Of a stretch of DNA of 33,307 bases, positions 8,697 through 17,087 are shown one piece after another; positions within the stretch are counted from its first letter, which is position 1, and every line of letters starts with the position of its first letter. Both the position numbers and the translations under genes were made by a program. The notes below the pieces were generated by a model, which made no database searches, was not told the origin of the DNA, and saw only the letters and a program-made list of their open reading frames with translations. The DNA lies in sequence record SRR20825019_2886. The stretch is one strand, 5' to 3'.

Positions 8697-9578
8697 ATGA
8701 AGAAGAATTACATTTTAGCAAGCATACTTGTGGTTTCAGCAAGTTTTTTGGCGTTTCAAAAATCGGACAAAGAAGGTGCCGTGAACAAGTTTGTTAAAGA
8801 ACACAAATTTAGTTCTGGTGGACAGTCAGGTTTAACTGGTGCTCCTGGAGATGCAAATTGTACGCAATGTCACTCTGGACAAGTTCAGGCAGGATCTTCT
8901 GAAAATGTGTTTACGCTATTGAATGGTACAAATCCTACATTAAGTTATGTGCCAGGAACGAGTTACAATGCATCATTAACACTTTCTTCTAATCCAAGCA
9001 AGAAAGGATTCTCTGCAGTGGTATTGAACGGATCAAATGTGAACGCTGGAACATTTAGCGCTTCTGCACCAGGAGGAACTCAAAAATTCTCAGGTGGCGG
9101 AAGAGACTATGTTTCTCACACGAGCTCAAGTAACACTTCATCTAACATGGTTTGGTTTTGGACATGGAACGCTCCAGCTGCTTCAGTAGGTAATGTAACA
9201 TTTTATATTGCGTCTAATGTGGCGAACGGAAATGGTCAAAATACAGGTGATGTCATTCACCTTTCTCAGCATGTAATTACAGATGCTACAGCGGGAACAA
9301 GTGAGTTGACAATTGATAAAACGAACTTTACAGCTGGATATAGTCCTTCTACGAATAAAGTAATGTTAGATTTTACATACACAGGAATCGGTGAAATGTT
9401 TTTCAACTTGGTTGATCTTAATGGGAAATCAGTGTTTACTTATGCTTTAGGAGAATCTCAAATTGGAGCAAATAAGGAAAGCATCACACTTCCTTCAGAA
9501 ATAGAGAATGGAATTTATGCAGTTCACTTCTTTATTGGAAACAAAGCAGTAAGCGCAAAAATAATGGTTCAACGATAG
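8697..9578 (+). CDS. CxxCH-containing Reeler/choice-of-anchor V-like protein with T9SS C-terminal domain
   Basis: Signal peptide; TGAPGDANCTQCH, YVPGTSY, GF, SH, WFWTWNAP, VTFY, ANGNG..GD; CTD VDLNGK...NGIYAVHF...KIMVQR. Confidence 0.75.
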   Translation: MKKNYILASILVVSASFLAFQKSDKEGAVNKFVKEHKFSSGGQSGLTGAPGDANCTQCHSGQVQAGSSENVFTLLNGTNPTLSYVPGTSYNASLTLSSNPSKKGFSAVVLNGSNVNAGTFSASAPGGTQKFSGGGRDYVSHTSSSNTSSNMVWFWTWNAPAASVGNVTFYIASNVANGNGQNTGDVIHLSQHVITDATAGTSELTIDKTNFTAGYSPSTNKVMLDFTYTGIGEMFFNLVDLNGKSVFTYALGESQIGANKESITLPSEIENGIYAVHFFIGNKAVSAKIMVQR

Positions 9579-9602
9579 TATTACTAGAATAATACCCACA
9601 AG

Positions 9603-9630
9603 AAAGACCTGCTGAAAAGTGGGTCTTTTT
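9603..9630. terminator. Probable bidirectional intrinsic terminator
   Basis: AAAGACCTGC-TGAAAA-GTGGGTCTTTTT between convergent genes (two G-U pairs on the + strand). Confidence 0.65.
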
Positions 9631-9633
9631 CGT

Positions 9634-10200
9634 TTAAGAAAGTCGCCTCTTTACAATCGACTTTACCTTTTTATAAAGTTGATCAGGCAAGAATGTTCTC
9701 CAATCAATTTCGTCCATTTCACCGCCCATTACAAAATACTGGTCACCGCCAGCCAACTGCATTTCGGATGCTACGTGATCGTGGAAATTAACAGCAGCAA
9801 TCCATCCATCTTCAATGTCATCCGCCCATTCTTCATAATAACAATCATCCGAAGAATGGAAATTGAGAATGTTCTCTCCAATTAAGATAAAACGCGTAAT
9901 GCCAACCTCCACTAAAGAATCAATAATGTCTCGCTTTAATGTCATTACATCGTTCTCTATCGCATCATTCCATTCACCAATAAACTCAATAACGGCGTAA
10001 CCTTTATCATAATCGACATAGATAATCTTCAAAAAAAGAGTTTCCGAACCGAAAAAATCCCATTGGGGATGAATGTAGAAATTATACACGCGATTGTGAA
10101 ATTCAAACTCGCTGTACTCTCTTTCATAAAAAGGAGACACTTCATCTTCTGAGGCGATATAAACGCTTCGCCAATGGTAAAATGGTTCAACAAGATGCAT
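9634..10200 (-). CDS. Acidic hypothetical protein, possible STAS-like domain
   Basis: 188-aa ORF rich in aromatic and acidic residues; C-terminal half patterned like STAS/SpoIIAA (see findings). Confidence 0.75.
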   Translation of the reverse strand: MHLVEPFYHWRSVYIASEDEVSPFYEREYSEFEFHNRVYNFYIHPQWDFFGSETLFLKIIYVDYDKGYAVIEFIGEWNDAIENDVMTLKRDIIDSLVEVGITRFILIGENILNFHSSDDCYYEEWADDIEDGWIAAVNFHDHVASEMQLAGGDQYFVMGGEMDEIDWRTFLPDQLYKKVKSIVKRRLS

Positions 10201-10260
10201 TTTAAATCACGGTTAATTAGGAATTAATTACTTGGCATAATATCTGATAACAAAATTGAC

Positions 10261-10268
10261 TAAATTTG
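10261..10268 (+). promoter_or_regulatory. Bacteroidota primary-sigma -7 element
   Basis: TAAATTTG matches TAnnTTTG, 34 nt upstream of ATG 10303. Confidence 0.5.
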
Positions 10269-10302
10269 ATAGATTCTAAGCAACTTAATTTAAATAAATA
10301 CA

Positions 10303-11745
10303 ATGAAATTATCTTCGATTACGCTTTTCGTGTTGACCATCGGTTTACTTGTTGGATGTTCTACGTCTTCAACAGATCGCGAACTTAAAGAATACATGTC
10401 TTCTTATTTGAATGAGAACCAAGATGTTATTGTTTTTGGAAATGCTCACCTAAAATCTATTCTGGATAAGGCAGATTACAAGAGTTTCGACAAAATCAGT
10501 GATGTTGTTCAAGGTCAATTAAATGAGTTGGAAGGAGCTTTGGATATTGAGTCTCCGGTGTACTACACTGTTAATGGTCCTTTCGACGATAAGGGAAATC
10601 CAAAGTCGGTAACGATGCTTATGAAGGTCGTTGATCAAACCAAATTGGAGAAGAAACTCACCAAAATGGGGTATGACATCAACGAAGGGAAAGGTTTTAA
10701 ATACACGGAAGACGGTGACATGATGCTTGGATTCCGAGGGAATTTAGCAATTATCGTCGTGCAGGGTGGAAAGCATGAGTCAAAAGTTGAATTGGCAAGC
10801 CATTTTGATAAAGTAGATAATGACGCAAGCAAGGGGCAAGTGAACGATATTTTAGGTGCAAAAGGAGATATTTTACTCGGAATGAGTATGGCTAATCTTT
10901 ACAATTCATCGCCTGAAAAAGCGAAGATGACAAAGGATGAGCAGAAAAAATTGGAGCAATTGGTGAATGATTCTTATACGCAAACAACTTTTCGCTTTGA
11001 GGATGGCGCAGCAATTATTGAGTCGAAGAATAAGTTTAACAGCAGCTTGAGTAGCAAAATGTTCTTAAAATCAGAATCGAATAGCTCACTCTTGAAAGAA
11101 CTTGGAAATGGAAAAGCAAGAGCTGGATTCGCAATGAACATCGACTTCTCAAAAATGGAGTCGTTGGTTTCTGAGTTCTCTCCAGAAATGATTGACGAGA
11201 TTGGAGGAACGCAGCTTGCGATGGTGAAAATGTTCAGCGGAGCAACATCTCTAAACGACCTAATGACAGGTAAAGCGGCTTTTATTATGTACGGTGATCC
11301 TGATGAATACGGATCACTTCAGCCCCAGTTTAGTGCATTTGTTGGTTTAAAACCTAAAGGAGAAAAACTAGGAGGTATGGCCGGTTCGTTTCTTGGAGAA
11401 ATGGCAGATTTTAAATCAGACAAAAATGGAATGTCTTTTTCTACTGTGAAGAACAGTAATTCAACACAATTAATCTTGCCAAAAGGAGCCGAAAATTTCG
11501 GGAAGTCTGGAATTTCATTCTTTATCGATTTGGAAGGTTTGGATCCTGAAGAAATCGCGGATATGGCCGATACAGATGAAATTGAAGCAATTCTGAAAGT
11601 CTCTCGATTCATTTCATTTGAATATGGAAACGAAGGTGGGCAACTGAAAATTATCGCGAAAAAAGGAAAAGAAAATATTCTTAAACAAATGACAGAAGTC
11701 TATGTAGATCAATTAATGGATCAAGTAGGCAAAATTTCTTTTTAG
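10303..11745 (+). CDS. Lipoprotein of unknown function (DUF4836-like)
   Basis: Lipobox LVGC; 480 aa; layout ([18 protein letters not shown]-terminal KENILKQM) recalls DUF4836/DUF3352 proteins. Family call tentative. Confidence 0.6.
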   Translation: MKLSSITLFVLTIGLLVGCSTSSTDRELKEYMSSYLNENQDVIVFGNAHLKSILDKADYKSFDKISDVVQGQLNELEGALDIESPVYYTVNGPFDDKGNPKSVTMLMKVVDQTKLEKKLTKMGYDINEGKGFKYTEDGDMMLGFRGNLAIIVVQGGKHESKVELASHFDKVDNDASKGQVNDILGAKGDILLGMSMANLYNSSPEKAKMTKDEQKKLEQLVNDSYTQTTFRFEDGAAIIESKNKFNSSLSSKMFLKSESNSSLLKELGNGKARAGFAMNIDFSKMESLVSEFSPEMIDEIGGTQLAMVKMFSGATSLNDLMTGKAAFIMYGDPDEYGSLQPQFSAFVGLKPKGEKLGGMAGSFLGEMADFKSDKNGMSFSTVKNSNSTQLILPKGAENFGKSGISFFIDLEGLDPEEIADMADTDEIEAILKVSRFISFEYGNEGGQLKIIAKKGKENILKQMTEVYVDQLMDQVGKISF

Positions 11746-11750
11746 TTATT

Positions 11751-12128
11751 ATGACGTTACCAAACGAAGAGTGGAATAAATTAAACGACAGCGAGGCACA
11801 TGTAATCTTAAACAAGGGAACAGAGCGTCCTTTTACGGGAGAGTTCGATGGACACAAAGTAAAGGGAACTTATATTTGCAGACAATGCGAAACTCCTTTG
11901 TATAAGTCAGAAGATAAATTTGCTTCTGGTTGCGGATGGCCGTCGTTTGATGATGAAATTCCTAACGCTGTGAAACGAATCAGGGATGCAGACGGAAGAA
12001 GAGTAGAGATCGTTTGTGCAAACTGTGAAGGACATCTTGGACACGTATTCGAAGGTGAGCAATTCACAGAAAAGAACACCCGACACTGCGTTAACTCGAT
12101 TTCGTTAAAATTTATCGAAGAGAAGTGA
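11751..12128 (+). CDS. msrB: Methionine-R-sulfoxide reductase
   Basis: KGTERPFTG, Zn-binding CRQC and [25 protein letters not shown]. Confidence 0.97.
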   Translation: MTLPNEEWNKLNDSEAHVILNKGTERPFTGEFDGHKVKGTYICRQCETPLYKSEDKFASGCGWPSFDDEIPNAVKRIRDADGRRVEIVCANCEGHLGHVFEGEQFTEKNTRHCVNSISLKFIEEK

Positions 12129-12129
12129 A

Positions 12130-13074
12130 TTAATCTAGGTTCGCACAGTCTAGAATATAGTCCGAATCTTGTTTAATTAATTCATCCAAAATCAACTGAG
12201 AAGCCAAAGCGAGCTGCGTATAATTCTGTGAATTATTCCCAAATTGTGCTGCCGTATTTACCCACATTTGTTGAATCAAGGCTGGGCCTCCTTCTGTTGG
12301 GTTTATTTTTTGGACTACTGCTTTTACATTTAAAGAACCAGCATGGTACACGTGCAAGACGAATAATCTGAACCAAAGATCGCTTTCACTGTAGCTTAAG
12401 TTTTGTGCATCGAGAATTCGTCTAGCTTCTGGAATACAAATACGTTTGATTAAACTCGACGCTCCGAATGCACTTCTGTCAAAGTCGCTGCGTTCATCGA
12501 TTGATCTGTTCACAGTGAGTCCTTGTGCTCGCGCAACTCCAGGCATCAACTGAAAAGCTCCGTAGGCTCCAGAACGCGATTTTTTCAATTGCCCAGGACT
12601 TTCGATCAGCAAGATCGCTTGTGCATACCAAGGGTCTACCTCATAGCTTTCAAAAGCAGCAACTCCTTTAGATAAATCGGGATAAACTTTATTGAATTGA
12701 TAAAAATCATTTTTTCCAGTAGTCACATAAATTCTAGCTTCCGCATCTAAGCCGTGAAGCTGTCGAATACTATCTCGAAAAATGTCTTTGATGGCATCAG
12801 ACTGCGCATTCCAATCTCTGTTACTCATTTTTGCTACAACCACACGAGTGGCTGCCACGTTCACTAGACAAGAATCAGGAGATAACTGCATTATTTTTTT
12901 CCAGAAAAGAGGTTGCGCCAATTGACTCCAGCCTTCGTCGTAGATGCACTTAGCACTCAATAAAGTACTTTGGTCGTCACCCTTTTTAACTTCAATTTTC
13001 TCATGATCCCATGATAAATTTGATTGAGCATTTAATATAGTTGGAAATGCCGCGATAAGAAGGAGAATGCGCAT
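12130..13074 (-). CDS. Exported SLT-domain (lytic transglycosylase-like) protein
   Basis: Signal peptide LNA|Q; ILLIES (catalytic Glu), SRSGAYGAFQLMP, IDERSD, YHAG, QNY motifs. Confidence 0.75.
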   Translation of the reverse strand: MRILLLIAAFPTILNAQSNLSWDHEKIEVKKGDDQSTLLSAKCIYDEGWSQLAQPLFWKKIMQLSPDSCLVNVAATRVVVAKMSNRDWNAQSDAIKDIFRDSIRQLHGLDAEARIYVTTGKNDFYQFNKVYPDLSKGVAAFESYEVDPWYAQAILLIESPGQLKKSRSGAYGAFQLMPGVARAQGLTVNRSIDERSDFDRSAFGASSLIKRICIPEARRILDAQNLSYSESDLWFRLFVLHVYHAGSLNVKAVVQKINPTEGGPALIQQMWVNTAAQFGNNSQNYTQLALASQLILDELIKQDSDYILDCANLD

Positions 13075-13187
13075 ATTTTCTGGTTTAATGTGTAAAAGCT
13101 AAATATAAAACGAAATTTTAGAGATTTGGTACGTTTTTCGACAAACAATCCACATTGAACCGTTAAAATCAACTAATTTTAGCTTAA

Positions 13188-13445
13188 ATGGATATAATTC
13201 GAAAGATTATTGGCTTTCCTTTGGTTCTTCTGGTAAGAATTTATCAATGGATTATTAGCCCAATTTTTCCGCAATCTTGCAGGTACACTCCCACATGTTC
13301 TTCATATATGATTGAAGCAATTCATGTATGGGGACCAATCAAAGGAACGTATTTAGGAATTAAACGGATTGCATCGTGTCATCCTTGGGGTGGACATGGG
13401 CATGATCCAGTTCCAGAAAGAACATCTAAAAAAAGCAATAAATGA
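13188..13445 (+). CDS. yidD: Membrane protein insertion efficiency factor YidD
   Basis: [34 protein letters not shown]. Confidence 0.96.
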   Translation: MDIIRKIIGFPLVLLVRIYQWIISPIFPQSCRYTPTCSSYMIEAIHVWGPIKGTYLGIKRIASCHPWGGHGHDPVPERTSKKSNK

Positions 13446-15748
13446 ATTTACGCACTCTTCAACTAATTTTTGGTCTTCTGCTTGTCGGTTCTGCGCAATC
13501 ACAATCTTATGTGAGTCCAACGCCTACGAGTATTATGAACTTACCGACGGCAGAATCTTCTGAGCTAGGTGAAATTGCATGGTTTTATCCTCAAGAACGT
13601 GCATTGGTGGCAAATCAGTTTGAAAAAATGGAAATTGGAATTAAACTTCCGCCGTCAATAGAGCATAAAATTCGATCTTTTTTTGTCCAAGATAGGCGAG
13701 AGGAACAAATAAATCCATTCAACAGAGCGGATATTGACATAAGCGCAGAGTTTCGATTCAATAATGAAGTCGTAAAACATGTAGATGGCTTTTATTACGA
13801 AGAATTTTACAGGAACCTAACGCTTGGGATGTGGTCGAAAGACACGACATCTTATCCCTTTAGAATTCGTTTTGCACCAGAAAAAGCGGGAACATACGAG
13901 GTCTTTGTTTCTATACAAACGAATGGAGACGTTTCAAATAGAGTAACTGGAGCTCGTTTTTCATTTGAGGTTCTTCCATCAAACGTTGCTGGACCATTGG
14001 AACAAGGAACAAATATGAAGCATTTTAAGTATACGCGTTCAGGAGAAAGTTTCGTAGGAGTTGGACAGGAAGTTATAGGAGCATCTTGGAATGATTGGAC
14101 GGAAATGGATGCCGCCGCACGTCCAGAAAAGTTCCTGCCCATCTATGAATCATTGAGAGAAATGCAATCGGCGAAGGGAAATTTCACCCGATTTGTTGCT
14201 GCGCCTTGGTTTATGCAACTTGAATGGGAAGCACTCGGGAATTATCAACCTAAATTACCTCACGCATGGGAGTTCGACCGAATCGACGAAAAGTGCAATG
14301 AATATGGTATTTACTACATTTTCTGCCCAATGCTTCACAGCCAATTGGAAAAGAGAACAGATGAAGAGGACCGAAGCGGTGGAGCGGGTGTAAGGTGGGA
14401 AGCATATTGCTACAACGATGATGATGTCACGGTGAACAACTTAGCGCATGAGGAAAAAATAGGAATTAATGATCCATTCGAGTTTTTTGGAAATGAACGA
14501 GCGGGCTTCCATCAGGAGAACTATTTCAGGTATTTTATTGCACGTTGGGGATATTCGAATGCGCTTACTGCATGGCAATTGATGAGTGAAGTGGATCAAG
14601 TTACTGGTTATAGAGACGGAATCGATAGTGCAGGAAATGTCGTTGATAATTCTAGCAACAGAGAAATTGTAAACAAATGGGCAGGGCGAATGCTCAATTA
14701 TTTGGAAAATGATTTAGAGGACAAAAAATTAAAAAGCATCGCATACATCGTAGGTAAGAATTACTCGAGTTTTTTATGGGATCCAGAAATCTACAAGTAT
14801 GAAGACATGGATTATTTGGGACTTCATGATTATACTTTTGAGATTGAAGGGGGAGGACGTTTTGTTCGCAATAGAAACCTCGTTACTAGACACGAGACTG
14901 TTACAAATCTTGGTGTTGGAATTGAATTTGGAGAAATAGTTCATCCAGAATTTCAGAATAAAATGTACATCTATGATGAGTTCGGTCAAACGATTGCTAT
15001 TCCAAAAGTATGGCCGGATGACGTGTATGAGGACCCTACGGTTTGGATGAATAATTGTATGGATTTTAACTTCAAACAGGATCTTTGGTTTACGTTTGCC
15101 AGCGGCTGCGCTATAGCCGGTTTGGATTGGTGGAATGCATTTGAAGATCAACGACAAGCTCAGTGGAAACGATACTTTCCTGGGTTGGTGACTTTCTCTT
15201 CGAGTATAGATTTTGAAAAGGTCAACTATGCTACCGTTAAGGAGCGTAAAGGAGTAAATTACATTTCTCAAAGGTGGCCTTTTGACAGAGAAGATATTGA
15301 AAGAAGTAACGCTTCGGATTATAAAGATTGGGATATTTTAGAAGCGTATATTCAAATTGATTCTGCACAAATGCAAGGTTTTGGCTGGGTAAACAATCGC
15401 TCATTCCATTGGGGGAACTTGGTCGATAGTTTGGAGTGTTTGAAAGCAATTGTAAATGGAGAAGAGCCTTTTGCAAGATCTTACATGTATCTACCTTTGG
15501 ATGACGATCTTACTTCAAAGCCGATTAACATTGAGAAAGGAAGCGCGTATTTCAAGATTTACAATGTAAATAGAAGAACGAAGTACAAAGTTGAATTCTA
15601 CGATACTGAAACAGGGAAAGTGATTCAGTCTGTGGAGGTAAAATCTAATATTTTTGGAGTTCTTAAGGTTTATTCACCTGAGATGAATCCTTCGGAACGA
15701 TTCGATGTAGCCTTTAAGTTTTTTGAAACAGAAGGCGGCTGGAAATAA
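13442..15748 (+). CDS. Exported DUF5060-like plus clan GH-A (GH5-like) glycoside hydrolase
   Basis: Signal peptide; [53 protein letters not shown] (acid/base region), HDY, DEFG (nucleophile region). Confidence 0.6.
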   Translation: MNLRTLQLIFGLLLVGSAQSQSYVSPTPTSIMNLPTAESSELGEIAWFYPQERALVANQFEKMEIGIKLPPSIEHKIRSFFVQDRREEQINPFNRADIDISAEFRFNNEVVKHVDGFYYEEFYRNLTLGMWSKDTTSYPFRIRFAPEKAGTYEVFVSIQTNGDVSNRVTGARFSFEVLPSNVAGPLEQGTNMKHFKYTRSGESFVGVGQEVIGASWNDWTEMDAAARPEKFLPIYESLREMQSAKGNFTRFVAAPWFMQLEWEALGNYQPKLPHAWEFDRIDEKCNEYGIYYIFCPMLHSQLEKRTDEEDRSGGAGVRWEAYCYNDDDVTVNNLAHEEKIGINDPFEFFGNERAGFHQENYFRYFIARWGYSNALTAWQLMSEVDQVTGYRDGIDSAGNVVDNSSNREIVNKWAGRMLNYLENDLEDKKLKSIAYIVGKNYSSFLWDPEIYKYEDMDYLGLHDYTFEIEGGGRFVRNRNLVTRHETVTNLGVGIEFGEIVHPEFQNKMYIYDEFGQTIAIPKVWPDDVYEDPTVWMNNCMDFNFKQDLWFTFASGCAIAGLDWWNAFEDQRQAQWKRYFPGLVTFSSSIDFEKVNYATVKERKGVNYISQRWPFDREDIERSNASDYKDWDILEAYIQIDSAQMQGFGWVNNRSFHWGNLVDSLECLKAIVNGEEPFARSYMYLPLDDDLTSKPINIEKGSAYFKIYNVNRRTKYKVEFYDTETGKVIQSVEVKSNIFGVLKVYSPEMNPSERFDVAFKFFETEGGWK

Positions 15749-17079
15749 TCGTCAATCCGCAGAAATTTGATCTTAGTTCCGTTGTGTTTTAGTTCTCGGA
15801 AAAGAATCATAAACAAGATAATGTATTCGGCGGTAACCATTAGTCTAACTGGGATTGATGAACCTGATCCAACATGATAAAAGAAGTAGGAAAAGAAAAT
15901 CAGATAGGACCAGAATAAGGGAAATGCGAAATTTGTAAAAACAGACAGCGCAAGAATTGGCAAGAGGTACCACGGATGCATGTTTCCACTAAAGATTAAG
16001 AAGAGGAAGAATCCGAAGAGAAGTTTTTTGAACAAGAGTCGCCAATCCACGATCACATCTTTGAGAGCGAGGCGCACGATAAGTGCCATTGAAATGATTG
16101 AAATAATAGGTCCAAAAATGCGACTTGGATTGTAATCAAGGAATAATTTTCCAATTCGATTTGTGTTGAAGTAAATAAAGGAGTTAAATTCGAAAACCCT
16201 GAAATAGAGCGCTAAACTTTTAAAGAAATGACCGACGTTGTGACCGTTAATTTGAAATAGACTGATTCCTATCGTGAGCGAAATTGTCACAAAGTAAAAG
16301 AGCGCCGCTTTTTTGAATCCTAAAAATCTCAGGAAAAAAGGAAGTAGCAAAAGCGGAACAAGTTTCATTTGAACTGCCAAAGCGAAAAAAAGTCCAGCAA
16401 CGATTAGTTTATTGGTGAAGATAAAATAGATTGAAATAATCAAAAACGACAGCATGACTCCTTCGAAATGTACATTTCCGGTACATTCAATAATCCAAAG
16501 TGGATTAAGATAAAGGATCCAAATTCTCGCTTTGTCAATGGAAAAGTGTTTGAGGAGTTTCAATAAATAAAAGGCTCCGAGCATTTCGCTGGCAATGATC
16601 AATAATTTCATGATAAACATGCTCTGCCAAACAGACGAACTGAAAACTCCTGAAATAATAAAATAAGATTGATTTAGGGGAGGATAGCAGGAATAATTGT
16701 CTTTCGAAAGATCACTGAGTCCATTGTACAATTCGCGCATGTACGGAGAATCTACATTGACTTGATTCGCAATTTCCCTTGGAACAAAATCAAATGGATT
16801 ATAGCCCATCAATGTTATTTCACCGTCCCAGATAAATCGGTAGTAATCAACGGATAGGTTTGGTTCGAAAATGGTCGAAACGGCCTGTGCAAGCATCGCA
16901 ATTACAAACATTCGTTCGAATGGAATCTCACGTGATTGCTTGATTAGAAACAAATAAGCACCGAATGCAAGTGTGTAGAAGCTTGCAATAACAGTAAATG
17001 CAGTTCTATCTGCTTGCCAATTAAGTGCATAAAGTGAACTCAGAAAAATGATTGCAGCGACAATTCCTTTCCAGTTCAC
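15670..17079 (-). CDS. GT-C fold membrane glycosyltransferase (GT87/DUF2029-like)
   Basis: GTG start; LSVDYYRFIWDG, YNPF, CYPP, NPL..IE..GNVHFE, KLVP, MHPWY; about 12 TM segments. Confidence 0.8.
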   Translation of the reverse strand: MNWKGIVAAIIFLSSLYALNWQADRTAFTVIASFYTLAFGAYLFLIKQSREIPFERMFVIAMLAQAVSTIFEPNLSVDYYRFIWDGEITLMGYNPFDFVPREIANQVNVDSPYMRELYNGLSDLSKDNYSCYPPLNQSYFIISGVFSSSVWQSMFIMKLLIIASEMLGAFYLLKLLKHFSIDKARIWILYLNPLWIIECTGNVHFEGVMLSFLIISIYFIFTNKLIVAGLFFALAVQMKLVPLLLLPFFLRFLGFKKAALFYFVTISLTIGISLFQINGHNVGHFFKSLALYFRVFEFNSFIYFNTNRIGKLFLDYNPSRIFGPIISIISMALIVRLALKDVIVDWRLLFKKLLFGFFLFLIFSGNMHPWYLLPILALSVFTNFAFPLFWSYLIFFSYFFYHVGSGSSIPVRLMVTAEYIILFMILFRELKHNGTKIKFLRIDDYFQPPSVSKNLKATSNRSEGFISGE

Positions 17080-17087
17080 CGTAATTT

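Noticed and set aside
14774-15271. 165-aa antisense ORF inside the hydrolase gene, and the other 60-140 aa shadow ORFs in the track (e.g. 25057-25479, 30785-31189)
   Set aside because: They lie within or almost entirely overlap well-supported genes and show no motifs.
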